From positions 1 through 64,000 of the IMG/VR virus record IMGVR_UViG_3300020577_007420: a stretch of DNA of 64,000 nucleotides; one strand, written 5' to 3'. The notes under the pieces are model-generated. The model made no database searches. It was not told the DNA's origin and was given only the letters and a program-made list of their open reading frames with translations. Each line of letters begins with the position of its first letter. Position 1 is the stretch's first letter. This stretch comes from a virus (taxonomy: Duplodnaviria > Caudoviricetes). Below are positions 29,044-38,665 of this stretch, piece by piece. Position numbers and translations under genes: made by a program.

Positions 29044-30223
29044 ATATGTCAAACTTATTATGGTTGATGAAAATAATCGAAATAAATACTATGAGATGAA
29101 TTGGGATGGTGGCAGTAATTTTACAGTAAAGTACGGCAGAGTTGAGAGCACTACGCAGACTGCCACCTACCCCTATAGTAAGTGGTCATCCAAGTATAAT
29201 GAGAAGATTAGGAAGGGGTATAAGGATGTTACAGATTTAGTTTCTGTAAAAGTTGAAGAGAAGAAACAGGAGAAGGAGACATTTGCAGCTATCAAGGATA
29301 GGTTGGTAAATGAATTCCTCAACTTGATGAAGAGCTACACAGATAAGCTCGTAAAGGCTACGTATAGTGTTAAGGCTGAGGCAGTTAGCCAAAAGCAGGT
29401 AGATGAGGCACAGAAGCTCATTGATGAAATTAATGCTATGGATGCCAAGCTGGTTAGTAATATTAACCAGAAGTTAACAGAACTGTATATGGTTATTCCA
29501 AGATATATGGGACATGTAAGAGATTACTTGCTTCCTAATATCAGTCTGGCCAAACATATGCAACAGGAGCAGGATAATTTAGATGCCATGGCTGCTCAGG
29601 TTAGCATGATTAAACCTAAGACCAAGAAGGAGTTAACTGCCGAGAAAAAGAAGGCACAGACTCTTCTTGATAAGTTAGGTATTACTAATATGAAGGAGTG
29701 TAGTGGTGTTCCTAAAGAGGTGGAATATCTTATTAAGCAAAATCATGGTAGAAAGGTAAATGCCATATTTGAGTTGGAAAAACCAACAGAAGATGCTATC
29801 TTTGAGAGCTGGATGAAGAAACAGAAGAATAAGAGTACTCGTATTCTTATTCACGGTACACGCTGTACCTCTGTCATTCCTATTCTAGAGATAGGATTGA
29901 AGATTCGTCCTACTGGTAATTTCCAGTTTAGTGGTAAGGCATATGGAGACGGTAACTACTTCTCAGAACATATGCACAAATCATTAGGGTATACGGGTTA
30001 CGACGCTGATAAGGTCATACTTGTATATGAAGTACATACAGGTAATCCCTTTACATATGATGGATGGTTTAGAGGAAACTCTTTCCCATTGAATTATAAG
30101 GAGCTATCTAGTAGAGGATATGATTCTACTTATGTAAAAGCTGGTCATGGTCTTATGAATAGTGAGATTATTGCATACAAAGAGGAACAAGCAAGAATTA
30201 AATTTATCATTTGGTTAACCTGA
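29033..30223 (+). CDS. Poly(ADP-ribose) polymerase-like ADP-ribosyltransferase (WGR, regulatory helical and catalytic domains)
   Basis: WGR-like N-terminus (KYYEM...YGRV...KIRKGY); LYMVIP helical segment; IHGTR, GKAYGDGNYFS, KSLGY and NSEIIAY motifs give an H-Y-E triad. Confidence 0.88.
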   Translation: MQNRYVKLIMVDENNRNKYYEMNWDGGSNFTVKYGRVESTTQTATYPYSKWSSKYNEKIRKGYKDVTDLVSVKVEEKKQEKETFAAIKDRLVNEFLNLMKSYTDKLVKATYSVKAEAVSQKQVDEAQKLIDEINAMDAKLVSNINQKLTELYMVIPRYMGHVRDYLLPNISLAKHMQQEQDNLDAMAAQVSMIKPKTKKELTAEKKKAQTLLDKLGITNMKECSGVPKEVEYLIKQNHGRKVNAIFELEKPTEDAIFESWMKKQKNKSTRILIHGTRCTSVIPILEIGLKIRPTGNFQFSGKAYGDGNYFSEHMHKSLGYTGYDADKVILVYEVHTGNPFTYDGWFRGNSFPLNYKELSSRGYDSTYVKAGHGLMNSEIIAYKEEQARIKFIIWLT

Positions 30224-30226
30224 TTA

Positions 30227-30258
30227 TTTGGTAAATTCAAATAATTTTCGTATATTTG
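30227..30258 (+). promoter_or_regulatory. Bacteroidota-type promoter
   Basis: TTTG-N20-TATATTTG, matching the -33/-7 consensus. Confidence 0.8.
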
Positions 30259-30277
30259 TCCTATAAATATTCAGGAT

Positions 30278-30931
30278 ATGTACAAAAAGAAAATTACCAG
30301 TAAACTATCAGATTTAACAGGTCAAACCTTTGGAAGACTTACAGTTATAGGAATAACCTACTCAGAAACTCTTAAACATAGAGTTTGGGAATGTAAATGT
30401 AAGTGTGGAAAAATAGTAGGTGTTCCTTCAACTTCTCTTACCAAAGGTAGAACTATGTCTTGTGGGTGTTTGAGAAACGAAAATGCACCTAACATCAACC
30501 GTTCTCATGCAGATACAGGAAAGGCTATCTACAATAGGTGGCTTGCAATGAGAAATCGTTGTAAGCACAACAAAAAATACTATGTTGATAGAGGTATTAC
30601 AGTCTGTAAAGAATGGAATGACTATCTGAACTTCAGGAAAGATATGGTTGAGAGCTTCTTGGTTCACAGTAGGGAACATGGTGAGAGAAATACAACTCTT
30701 GAAAGGATAGATTCTAACAAAGGATACTACCTTGAGAATTGCAGGTGGGCTACTCCAACTGAGCAAAACCAGAATACAAGGACTCCCTACAAAATCACCA
30801 ATTACAAGAAGCTAAAAGTTTTCCTACAAGAGTTAGGAAAGCTAAAAGGTATACAAATAACCCTCTCAGAAGAGGAATTTTTAACACTTTCTTATAACAT
30901 AAGGAAGAAAATTTATAAAGAGAAGAATTAA
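30278..30931 (+). CDS. Free-standing HNH-family homing endonuclease
   Basis: FGRLTV, CKCKCG and SCGC motifs; TLERIDSNKGYYLENCRWAT. Confidence 0.8.
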   Translation: MYKKKITSKLSDLTGQTFGRLTVIGITYSETLKHRVWECKCKCGKIVGVPSTSLTKGRTMSCGCLRNENAPNINRSHADTGKAIYNRWLAMRNRCKHNKKYYVDRGITVCKEWNDYLNFRKDMVESFLVHSREHGERNTTLERIDSNKGYYLENCRWATPTEQNQNTRTPYKITNYKKLKVFLQELGKLKGIQITLSEEEFLTLSYNIRKKIYKEKN

Positions 30932-31627
30932 ATGAAAGTAAAAATTGGCACTGAGGTGCAAATAATGAGACCGTTCAAAATATTCCGTCAACTTAATGAT
31001 GGAAGCTATGATGCATGTGATGCACATGGAAATTGTCTCAAAGTAAACCCAAATGAAATTAACATTTTAACTAAAAATCAATCAGAAATGAAAGCAATGA
31101 AAGATGCAGTGCTCAAAGTAGCACGAGACTTAGCAAGGGCAAACAACACAGTTACTACTCTGGAAATCAAGACAGAATTGAGGAGAGATTATCCCTACTA
31201 CTTCTGGGACCAAGCAACTGTAAGCAATTATATGGCTCAGTTGGCAGGTGATGGTATCTTTAACTACACAGACAATGGTACATACCGCACCTATAGTCTG
31301 GCTAAGACCCCTGCAACTAAGACTATATCAAGTGCAAAAACACTTAATATAGTTGTTACAAAATCTCTTGGAGTGAGTGGTAGTGCAGGTGTAGTTGGTA
31401 CGGCTGGTACTAAGAGTAAGAAGAAGTCTAAGAATGTAGTTACGAGAAATAGTGTTATACTTTTCTCATGTAGTCCAAAATTTGAGTCAGTGACTCTGGC
31501 AAGTGGAAAGGTAGTGGATAAACACACTATCCGTGGCCAGAAGAAATCTCCTGAAGGATACATTACTCCTAAACTGCATAATGTTACGGCAATTACAGTT
31601 AATGGAATTACTTATCAAGTTCAGTAA
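30932..31627 (+). CDS. Hypothetical basic protein
   Basis: ORF track. Confidence 0.65.
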   Translation: MKVKIGTEVQIMRPFKIFRQLNDGSYDACDAHGNCLKVNPNEINILTKNQSEMKAMKDAVLKVARDLARANNTVTTLEIKTELRRDYPYYFWDQATVSNYMAQLAGDGIFNYTDNGTYRTYSLAKTPATKTISSAKTLNIVVTKSLGVSGSAGVVGTAGTKSKKKSKNVVTRNSVILFSCSPKFESVTLASGKVVDKHTIRGQKKSPEGYITPKLHNVTAITVNGITYQVQ

Positions 31628-31649
31628 TCAATCTGACAACCAAGTTAAT

Positions 31650-31680
31650 AGAGGGGGCTATACACCCCCTCTTTTCTTTT
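31650..31680 (+). terminator. Intrinsic terminator
   Basis: AGAGGGGG-loop-CCCCCTCT followed by a T run. Confidence 0.8.
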
Positions 31681-31683
31681 TAT

Positions 31684-32391
31684 ATGGATTTAAGTTATTT
31701 TGACAAAAAAGACCTATTAACTAGCGGAAAAAGTAATACTAAGACAGCTAAGAATAGCACACCTACGTATTATCTATCTCTCCAACCTACAAATTTGAAT
31801 ACAAAGAAAGAGAATTTATGTAAGTTCAGTACTAAGGAATGTCGTGCTGCCTGCCTTCAATTTGCAGGCAGACAATCATTCTCTAATGTAGTACAGAGCA
31901 GAAGCAGAAAGACTGAGTTCTTTGTTAACCATAAAGGTTTGTTTATCAAGAAGTTATGGAAAGAGTTGGAAGAATTAAATGAAGGTAAGGCTGCTATAAG
32001 ATTAAATCTATTAAGTGATGTAGATTGGGAAATGGAGTTTTTATCTGTAGATAAGTCTTTTAAAATGGAAGATTTATCTAATATTCAATGGTACGATTAT
32101 ACAAAAGACCATTTTAAGATATACAGAGGTGTTCCTAAAAATTATAATTTAACCTTCTCATTTTCAGGACATAACTGGAAGCACGCTGACCATTTCCTTA
32201 AAAATAAGATGGCTAACGTGGCTGTAGTATTTAAAAATGCATTACCTTTGGTATGGCAGGGCTATTCCGTAATTAACGGTGACGAGAGTGATGAGAGGTT
32301 TTTAGACGATAGAGGTGTAATAGTCGGGCTCAAGTATAAAACTCCAAAAGGAGTTAAGTACGAGAAAACAAAGTTTGTAATAGATGAGTAG
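31684..32391 (+). CDS. GP88-like protein
   Basis: C-x6-C-x3-C cluster; IRLN..SD..WE, YDYTK, NY.LTFS and DERFLD motifs. Confidence 0.7.
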   Translation: MDLSYFDKKDLLTSGKSNTKTAKNSTPTYYLSLQPTNLNTKKENLCKFSTKECRAACLQFAGRQSFSNVVQSRSRKTEFFVNHKGLFIKKLWKELEELNEGKAAIRLNLLSDVDWEMEFLSVDKSFKMEDLSNIQWYDYTKDHFKIYRGVPKNYNLTFSFSGHNWKHADHFLKNKMANVAVVFKNALPLVWQGYSVINGDESDERFLDDRGVIVGLKYKTPKGVKYEKTKFVIDE

Positions 32392-33037
32392 AAAAACTAA
32401 AAAGAAATCAACAAGAAAAACTCCAACTAAAAGAATTAAGAAACCAACTGAGCCAAAGGTTGGAAAATATATAGGAGTAGAGTACGAGAGCTTTTGCGAA
32501 TTATCATGTTTGTTCTTTGCAGAAGAATTGATGAAGGATGGATATGTAGAGAAAATAGAGAGGAGTCCTTCATATATGTTATGTGACCCTGTTCAGAGCA
32601 CATATGCAGTACAATTAAAACGAGGAAGTAAGCATGAAACTCAAACAATCAGTAATGGTGTAACCTACACCCCAGACTATGACATTTATTTTACAGCTAA
32701 AGCTTTAGATAAATTCTGTTGGGAGTTAGGTAGTGGGACAAAGTGGAATAAGAATTTACTTGTTGCACAAAAGCTTAATGTTCATGGTAAGATTCTCTAT
32801 AGAGCATGTATAGAGGTCAAACCAGATTTCAGTAGAAATTCAACAACTCCGAAGAGTGTGCAGAGCATGAAATGGCTTATGCAGAGACATGGAGTATTTG
32901 TTAACCTATTCCGTCCGAACCGTATCTTTGAGGGACTGTTCACACCGGGGAAATATCTCATTACAGAGAGAGGTACTCCTCGTAAATTAAAGTTCCGTCC
33001 AAAGAGTTTAGGGGAATATTTAAAACATAAGAAATGA
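32384..33037 (+). CDS. PD-(D/E)xK nuclease, possible Holliday junction resolvase
   Basis: YTPDY...IEVKP motif. Confidence 0.65.
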   Translation: MSRKTKKKSTRKTPTKRIKKPTEPKVGKYIGVEYESFCELSCLFFAEELMKDGYVEKIERSPSYMLCDPVQSTYAVQLKRGSKHETQTISNGVTYTPDYDIYFTAKALDKFCWELGSGTKWNKNLLVAQKLNVHGKILYRACIEVKPDFSRNSTTPKSVQSMKWLMQRHGVFVNLFRPNRIFEGLFTPGKYLITERGTPRKLKFRPKSLGEYLKHKK

Positions 33038-33375
33038 GTGATGGAGATTTTCAGGTACCAGATGGATTAATGCCATGCATTGAGAAACATTTTCATTATC
33101 CTATGTCTACACTAGGTACACATCTTATAAATCATGAGAGAATAAGACAAATCAATTATAAGAAAAGAACTATAGAAGATGACTATAAGTTGAATGCCGA
33201 TTATCAACTAGTTGATGCAGCAATTAAGCTATTAAAGGGTGGACAACATGAACCTCCTGAGGGATGGGATAGTGAGATGTGGAATAAGATGCTAGCTAAA
33301 GATGACTATAAAAGACTAGCTATAGCTGGTGCACTTATAGCTGCAGAGATTGATAGACTAAATTATACACAATGA
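33034..33375 (+). CDS. Hypothetical phage protein
   Basis: ORF ending in LAIAGALIAAEIDRL, a motif recurrent in small phage proteins. Confidence 0.65.
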   Translation: MSDGDFQVPDGLMPCIEKHFHYPMSTLGTHLINHERIRQINYKKRTIEDDYKLNADYQLVDAAIKLLKGGQHEPPEGWDSEMWNKMLAKDDYKRLAIAGALIAAEIDRLNYTQ

Positions 33376-34520
33376 TAAAAGGGAAGAAAGTTCAACCAAG
33401 GGTAATTGTTGATAAACCAAACGTGAATTATAGAAAGCTGGATGCCCTCAACCAGTCTATGATTAAGTTGTTTGACAGTGACCCTGTAAGATTCTATGAA
33501 GAATTTAAACTTGGTAAGAGAAGAAGAGATAAGAAGAATGTAGCTACTACAATTGGAGATTTAGTAGACTTCTATCTTCTTTCCTGTAAAGGTGACGAGT
33601 TAGAATTCAATAATAGACTTGAGGAGAAATTTGTACTATTTGAGGGAAATAAGGGAAGTGGACAAGTATTTGTTTTGGCTGATTATCTATTTGAGGAAGC
33701 AGAAAGTTGTATGAATGATAAGGGAGAAATAACCTGTTCGTTTGATACAATGTTTACTGTAGCCTTCAATAGAGTTCAGGCAGATGGCAAGTACAGAGGA
33801 AAGGATAAAGATAAAGTGCTGGAGGATTTTTATGAGAATGGTAAGTCTTACTATGACAAGAAGATTGAGAATATCGGTAAGACAGTTGTTGATGCAAGTC
33901 TTGTTGATAAAGCAAGATTTGTAGCTGACAGACTTAAATCAGATGACTTCACTAGGCATATCTTTACAGAACATGATGATATTGAGAGACTTACGCACTT
34001 TGCTATAGAGTGGAAGTATCCTCTTCCAATGAATAAGTATTATCCATGTAAGAGTGAGTTGGATATTCTACTTATAGACCATGACCATAGAATAATCCAA
34101 CCAATGGACTTAAAAACTACATATGATAACGAGTCATTCGATTATATGTATATCAAGAATGCATACTATTTACAGAATGCATTTTATGTAAGAGCTGTAG
34201 AAGAGTGGGCAAAGACATCTGGATTAGATGGTTATGAGGTTCGTCCTATGAAGTTTGTTGTAGGAGATACCTCTGCAAATAACAGACGACCTCTCATCTA
34301 TGAAACATCTAATATGGATGTAGAGAATGGATTGCATGGATTTTCCCTAAGAGGTACCTACTATAAGGGTGTTGATGAGTTGATAAATGATATTGTGTGG
34401 GCTGAGGAACAAGACATCTGGAATTGTAGTAGGGATGCTTATGGGAATAATGGTAAAATGAAACTAAATATTCAGTACGATGGAGAAGAGCAATATGAGG
34501 AGGATGGCCAATTAGTTTAA
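33372..34520 (+). CDS. PD-(D/E)xK exonuclease (RecE/DUF3799-like)
   Basis: CKSELDILL...PMDLKTT...YYLQ motifs. Confidence 0.75.
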   Translation: MIKGKKVQPRVIVDKPNVNYRKLDALNQSMIKLFDSDPVRFYEEFKLGKRRRDKKNVATTIGDLVDFYLLSCKGDELEFNNRLEEKFVLFEGNKGSGQVFVLADYLFEEAESCMNDKGEITCSFDTMFTVAFNRVQADGKYRGKDKDKVLEDFYENGKSYYDKKIENIGKTVVDASLVDKARFVADRLKSDDFTRHIFTEHDDIERLTHFAIEWKYPLPMNKYYPCKSELDILLIDHDHRIIQPMDLKTTYDNESFDYMYIKNAYYLQNAFYVRAVEEWAKTSGLDGYEVRPMKFVVGDTSANNRRPLIYETSNMDVENGLHGFSLRGTYYKGVDELINDIVWAEEQDIWNCSRDAYGNNGKMKLNIQYDGEEQYEEDGQLV

Positions 34521-34683
34521 TACTAACTTTTATATTTATAACATTAAAGCTAGTTGGTGAGATTACTTGGAGTTGGTGGTGGGTATTTGCCCCATCTGGA
34601 TACCGATAGCATTAGTTTTGTTTGGACTATTAATATTTGTAATATATGTTACTAGGGATAAATGGAAAAATTGGTTCAGGTAA
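34480..34683 (+). pseudogene. Frameshifted small membrane-protein gene
   Basis: Segments MEKSN / GGWPISLILTFIFITLKLVGEITWSWWWVFAP / IWIPIALVLFGLL...FR lie in different frames. Confidence 0.5.
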
Positions 34684-34717
34684 TTTGCTAATTTGAGAAA
34701 ATATAAATAATATTATT

Positions 34718-35413
34718 ATGTCAATAATAGGTATATCAGGTAGAATTAATAGCGGAAAGGATACTGTAGGTAAAATTATACAGTATCTAGATGCAAAATC
34801 AAAGAAAGAGAGAGAAAAAGAAATAGCACCAAAGTTATTTCTTCCTGATGTTGAGTATCCTACATTTGAAGATTGGTGTAAACCAAGACTTCATGAAAGT
34901 GGATATGATATAGGACACCTCTCAATGTATGAGATGCATTCTAACTCTTGGGTTATTAAGAAGTTTGCAGGAAAACTAAAGCAGATAGCAACAATTCTTA
35001 CAGGTATCCCTATAGAAAAGTTTGAGGACCAAGAGTTTAAGAAGACTGAGATGGATGATGTGTGGGCAATCAATAGAATACCAGTTACTGTCAGACAATT
35101 TCTACAACGTCTTGGAACTGAAGCAATTAGAGATAATCTACATACAAATGCTTGGGTAAATGCACTACTTGCAGACTATAAGGGTGATAATTGGATTATT
35201 ACAGACTTGAGGTTCCCAAATGAGTTTGCTGCACTAAAGAGAAAGGATGCTCTTCTTATAAGAGTTATAAGACCCGGATTAGAATGTGCAGACCATATCT
35301 CCGAAACAGCACTTGACTCATATGTATTTGATGAAGAAATAGTTAATGATGGAACAATAGATGATTTAATAAATAAGGTTAAAACGATGATGGAGAGAAG
35401 GAATTTACTCTGA
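34718..35413 (+). CDS. Deoxynucleoside monophosphate kinase
   Basis: GISGRINSGKDT, FAGKLK, RQFLQRLGTE and ITDLRFPNE motifs. Confidence 0.85.
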   Translation: MSIIGISGRINSGKDTVGKIIQYLDAKSKKEREKEIAPKLFLPDVEYPTFEDWCKPRLHESGYDIGHLSMYEMHSNSWVIKKFAGKLKQIATILTGIPIEKFEDQEFKKTEMDDVWAINRIPVTVRQFLQRLGTEAIRDNLHTNAWVNALLADYKGDNWIITDLRFPNEFAALKRKDALLIRVIRPGLECADHISETALDSYVFDEEIVNDGTIDDLINKVKTMMERRNLL

Positions 35414-35430
35414 AAAATTAACAATATTAT

Positions 35431-35462
35431 TTTGATAATTTGGGAGTAAGACCTTATCTTAG
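35431..35462 (+). promoter_or_regulatory. Bacteroidota-type promoter upstream of RNR
   Basis: TTTG-N20-TATCTTAG. Confidence 0.55.
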
Positions 35463-35469
35463 TATTCCG

Positions 35470-35500
35470 AGCAGGGGTTAGCAATAGCCCCTGCTTTTTT
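35470..35500 (+). terminator. Terminator-like hairpin immediately before the RNR start
   Basis: AGCAGGGG-loop-CCCCTGCT followed by a T run. Confidence 0.7.
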
Positions 35501-35519
35501 AATCTAAATACGTAAACAT

Positions 35520-38500
35520 ATGCAGAAAGGAAAGAAGTTTTTGAGTGATTTAAAGTTATATTCCGACTATTTTAAATGGAATGAAGAATTAGAGAGATAC
35601 GAGAACTGGAACGAGGCTTGTGAGTCTATTATAGATGGTCATAGGAGAAAGTATCTAGGTCTGGATATCGAGAAATACCTTAATGAAGCTGAGAAAGGTA
35701 TCAAAGAAATGCTGGTATTAGCCAGCCAGAGAAACCTACAGTATAGATATCCTCAAATTATGAGAAATAATGAGAGAATGTATAACTGTTTTTCTGGTGA
35801 TACTAGAGTTATTACACAATGTGGAGTTAAAACATTTGATGAATTATCAAAAGAACCAGCTGGTAATGAGATTAAAGTTTGGACACATAAAGGAAGGTGG
35901 ATGAATGCTAATCTAGGTTACTACGGAAAACAAAAATTGCAGAGAGTAACTATAGCTTATGGTAATAATAGACAAGAAATAAGAGTAACTCCTAACCATA
36001 GATGGCTATTGTCTGATAATACAGAAACCACCTCCTTAAAAGTTGGAGATAAACTATTGAAAGTTAATGATATATTTAATTTTGACTTTGATACGGCCTC
36101 TCCTTTTCAAAAGTTATATTGGTGTTATGGTTATGTATATGGAGATGGAACAAAAGTAAAAAATGATGGAAAATATACACATAGTATGGTAAGATTGTGT
36201 GGAGAACAAGTAAAATTTGCTAGTAGATTTGAAGAAATGGGATTTTCCTCATCGTCTTCATTATCTATTGATGGAGATTTAATATTTTATACAGGAAAAT
36301 ACCTAAAGACATTACCTTCTTTGAATGAAAACAACGATTTACTTCAGGCATTTATATGCGGATATCTTGATGCAGACGCTACAAAGAATAAAAGCAAAAG
36401 TAAAAAAGCTTATGATTATATACAATGCTCAGATATAGAAGGGATTGAGTTTCTCAGAAGGGCACTACCTTTATGTGGATTTTTTATCTTAAAAGAAGAT
36501 GACTTAACTGGTCAAGAAACAAATTTTGGAGTAAGACCTTATACTATTAAGTTTTCTATAACGAATACTTTTAATGGAAAAAATCCGAACATAGAAGTAG
36601 TCGATATTCAAGAAGATGTGATAGATGATGTTTACTGTTTTATGGTGGATGAAGATAAATCTTTTACTCTATCTGGAGGTATAGTTACTGGTAATTGTGT
36701 GGGTGTATTATTTGATAAGAACGATTACTTCCAGAAGTGTTTTCATGTACTCCTGAGTGGATGTGGATTGGATTTTTCTATTAGGAGAATGTTTATAGAT
36801 AAACTGTCTCCCATCTACAGAAGAACTCTTGGTACTAAGACGTTCGTAATAGATGATAGTATAGAGGGATGGTCTGATGCACTTGGAGTATTAATGAGTA
36901 GCTATCTTGGTGATAATCAACCATTTCCAGAATATGCAGGATATGAGATTAAGTTTGATTATTCTCTTATCCGTCCTAAAGGTTCCTATATTTCTGGTGG
37001 GTTTAAGGCTCCCGGACATGAAGGACTGAAGCAGAGTCTTGAGAGAATTGAGAGCCTTCTTGAGAAATGGATTACTAATGAGGGTAGCGTAATCAGGCCC
37101 ATCTTAGTATATGATATTATCATGCATGCAGCTAATGCTGTATTGAGTGGTGGTGTTAGAAGAAGTGCATGCAGTGTACTTATAGATGAGGATGATGAGG
37201 AGATGATTTACGCAAAGATTGGAAACTGGAGAGTTGAGAATCCTCAGCGTGCCAGAAGTAATAACGCTGTAGGTTTAATCAGAAGAGAGTTTTCATATGA
37301 TAAGTTAAAGGAAATCATTGACTTAAATCAGGGAGATAACGATATATCCTTCATATTTGTATTTGATGAATATGAGGTAAGTAATCCTTGTAGAGAGATA
37401 ACTTTCCGTCCAGTATTGGAGGACGGCAGAAGTGGCTTCCAAATGTGTAATCTAACCGAGATAAATGCCTCTAAGTGCACAACAGAACAGGAGTTCTATA
37501 GAGCATGTAGAGTTGGTGCTATTTTGGGTACCTTACAGGCAGGATATACAGATTTCCCATATCTAGGAAGAGATACCGAAGAGATTGTTAGAAGAGAGGC
37601 TCTGCTTGGTGTGTCTATTACAGGATGGATGAATCAGCCATATCTCTTTGATGCTGAGATACTTAGAACTGGTGCACACATTGTTGTAGGAACAAATAAG
37701 GAAGTAGCTGCAGCTATAGGTATAAATCCTGCAGCCCGTACAACAACTGTTAAACCTTCTGGTAATGCATCTGTGGTACTAGGTACAGCTAGTGGTATCC
37801 ATCCTGAGCACAGTGAGCAGTATTTCAGAATAATGCAGCTAAATAAGGAGAGTGATACGGCTAAATATCTTGAGGAAAATATGCCATTCCTACTTGAGGA
37901 AAGTGTATGGTCAGCTACAAACAGTGACTACGTTGTATTTGTGCCCATAGTTAATCCTAAGACTGGTCTCTTCAAGAAAGATATGAAGGGAGTTAAACAT
38001 CTAGAGTTAATTAAGCTGGTACAGGAAAACTGGGTCAATGCTGGTACAAATGTAGAGGCATGTCTCAAACCTTGGCTAAGACATTCTGTATCATGTACAG
38101 TAATCATTGATAATCAGGATGAAATAACTAAGTACATTTATGATAATCAGGATTCCTTTAAGGCAGTTTCCTTCCTCTCAGATTATGGTGATAAGGACTT
38201 TAACCAAGCTCCCTTTACATCTGTTCTGACTATGGATGAGATTGTTAAGGAGTATGGAGATGGTGCACTATTGGCCTCAGGATTGATTGTAGATGGATTG
38301 CACGTATTTGACCAAAACCTGTGGGAAGCCTGTGACTTAGTATTAGATACTGATAAGAAGATTAAAATTACGGGCACAAGACAAGAGGTCTGGCTGAAGG
38401 GTGACTGGATTAAGAGGGCTAAGAAGTTTGCTAAGAATTACTTTAAGGGTGACTTAAGAAAACTTGTATACTGTCTCAAGGATATTCATCTCTTTCATAA

Positions 38501-38636
38501 GTGGAAAACTATTAATAGACAGATGAAAGACGTTGATTTCCAAGAGATTCTGAGTATGCCAACTTATAAGGAAGTTAGTGAATATTCTAGCATGGCTTGC
38601 TCTGGACAAGGAAGTTGTGAGATTGTAAGAATATAA
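35520..38636 (+). CDS. nrdJ: Ribonucleotide reductase, probably class II (B12-dependent, monomeric), containing an intein
   Basis: YN-C, SGGVRRSA, SNPCREI, MCNLTEI and VKPSG motifs; C-terminal CSGQGSC; no beta subunit nearby. Confidence 0.85.
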   Translation: MQKGKKFLSDLKLYSDYFKWNEELERYENWNEACESIIDGHRRKYLGLDIEKYLNEAEKGIKEMLVLASQRNLQYRYPQIMRNNERMYNCFSGDTRVITQCGVKTFDELSKEPAGNEIKVWTHKGRWMNANLGYYGKQKLQRVTIAYGNNRQEIRVTPNHRWLLSDNTETTSLKVGDKLLKVNDIFNFDFDTASPFQKLYWCYGYVYGDGTKVKNDGKYTHSMVRLCGEQVKFASRFEEMGFSSSSSLSIDGDLIFYTGKYLKTLPSLNENNDLLQAFICGYLDADATKNKSKSKKAYDYIQCSDIEGIEFLRRALPLCGFFILKEDDLTGQETNFGVRPYTIKFSITNTFNGKNPNIEVVDIQEDVIDDVYCFMVDEDKSFTLSGGIVTGNCVGVLFDKNDYFQKCFHVLLSGCGLDFSIRRMFIDKLSPIYRRTLGTKTFVIDDSIEGWSDALGVLMSSYLGDNQPFPEYAGYEIKFDYSLIRPKGSYISGGFKAPGHEGLKQSLERIESLLEKWITNEGSVIRPILVYDIIMHAANAVLSGGVRRSACSVLIDEDDEEMIYAKIGNWRVENPQRARSNNAVGLIRREFSYDKLKEIIDLNQGDNDISFIFVFDEYEVSNPCREITFRPVLEDGRSGFQMCNLTEINASKCTTEQEFYRACRVGAILGTLQAGYTDFPYLGRDTEEIVRREALLGVSITGWMNQPYLFDAEILRTGAHIVVGTNKEVAAAIGINPAARTTTVKPSGNASVVLGTASGIHPEHSEQYFRIMQLNKESDTAKYLEENMPFLLEESVWSATNSDYVVFVPIVNPKTGLFKKDMKGVKHLELIKLVQENWVNAGTNVEACLKPWLRHSVSCTVIIDNQDEITKYIYDNQDSFKAVSFLSDYGDKDFNQAPFTSVLTMDEIVKEYGDGALLASGLIVDGLHVFDQNLWEACDLVLDTDKKIKITGTRQEVWLKGDWIKRAKKFAKNYFKGDLRKLVYCLKDIHLFHKWKTINRQMKDVDFQEILSMPTYKEVSEYSSMACSGQGSCEIVRI
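35787..36695 (+). mobile_element. Intein (303 aa) with LAGLIDADG domain
   Basis: Starts CFSGDT and ends GIVTGN before a +1 Cys; YGYVYGDG and FICGYLDAD blocks. Confidence 0.9.
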
Positions 38637-38665
38637 TTTGATAATGATTCTAAAATTTAGTAACT

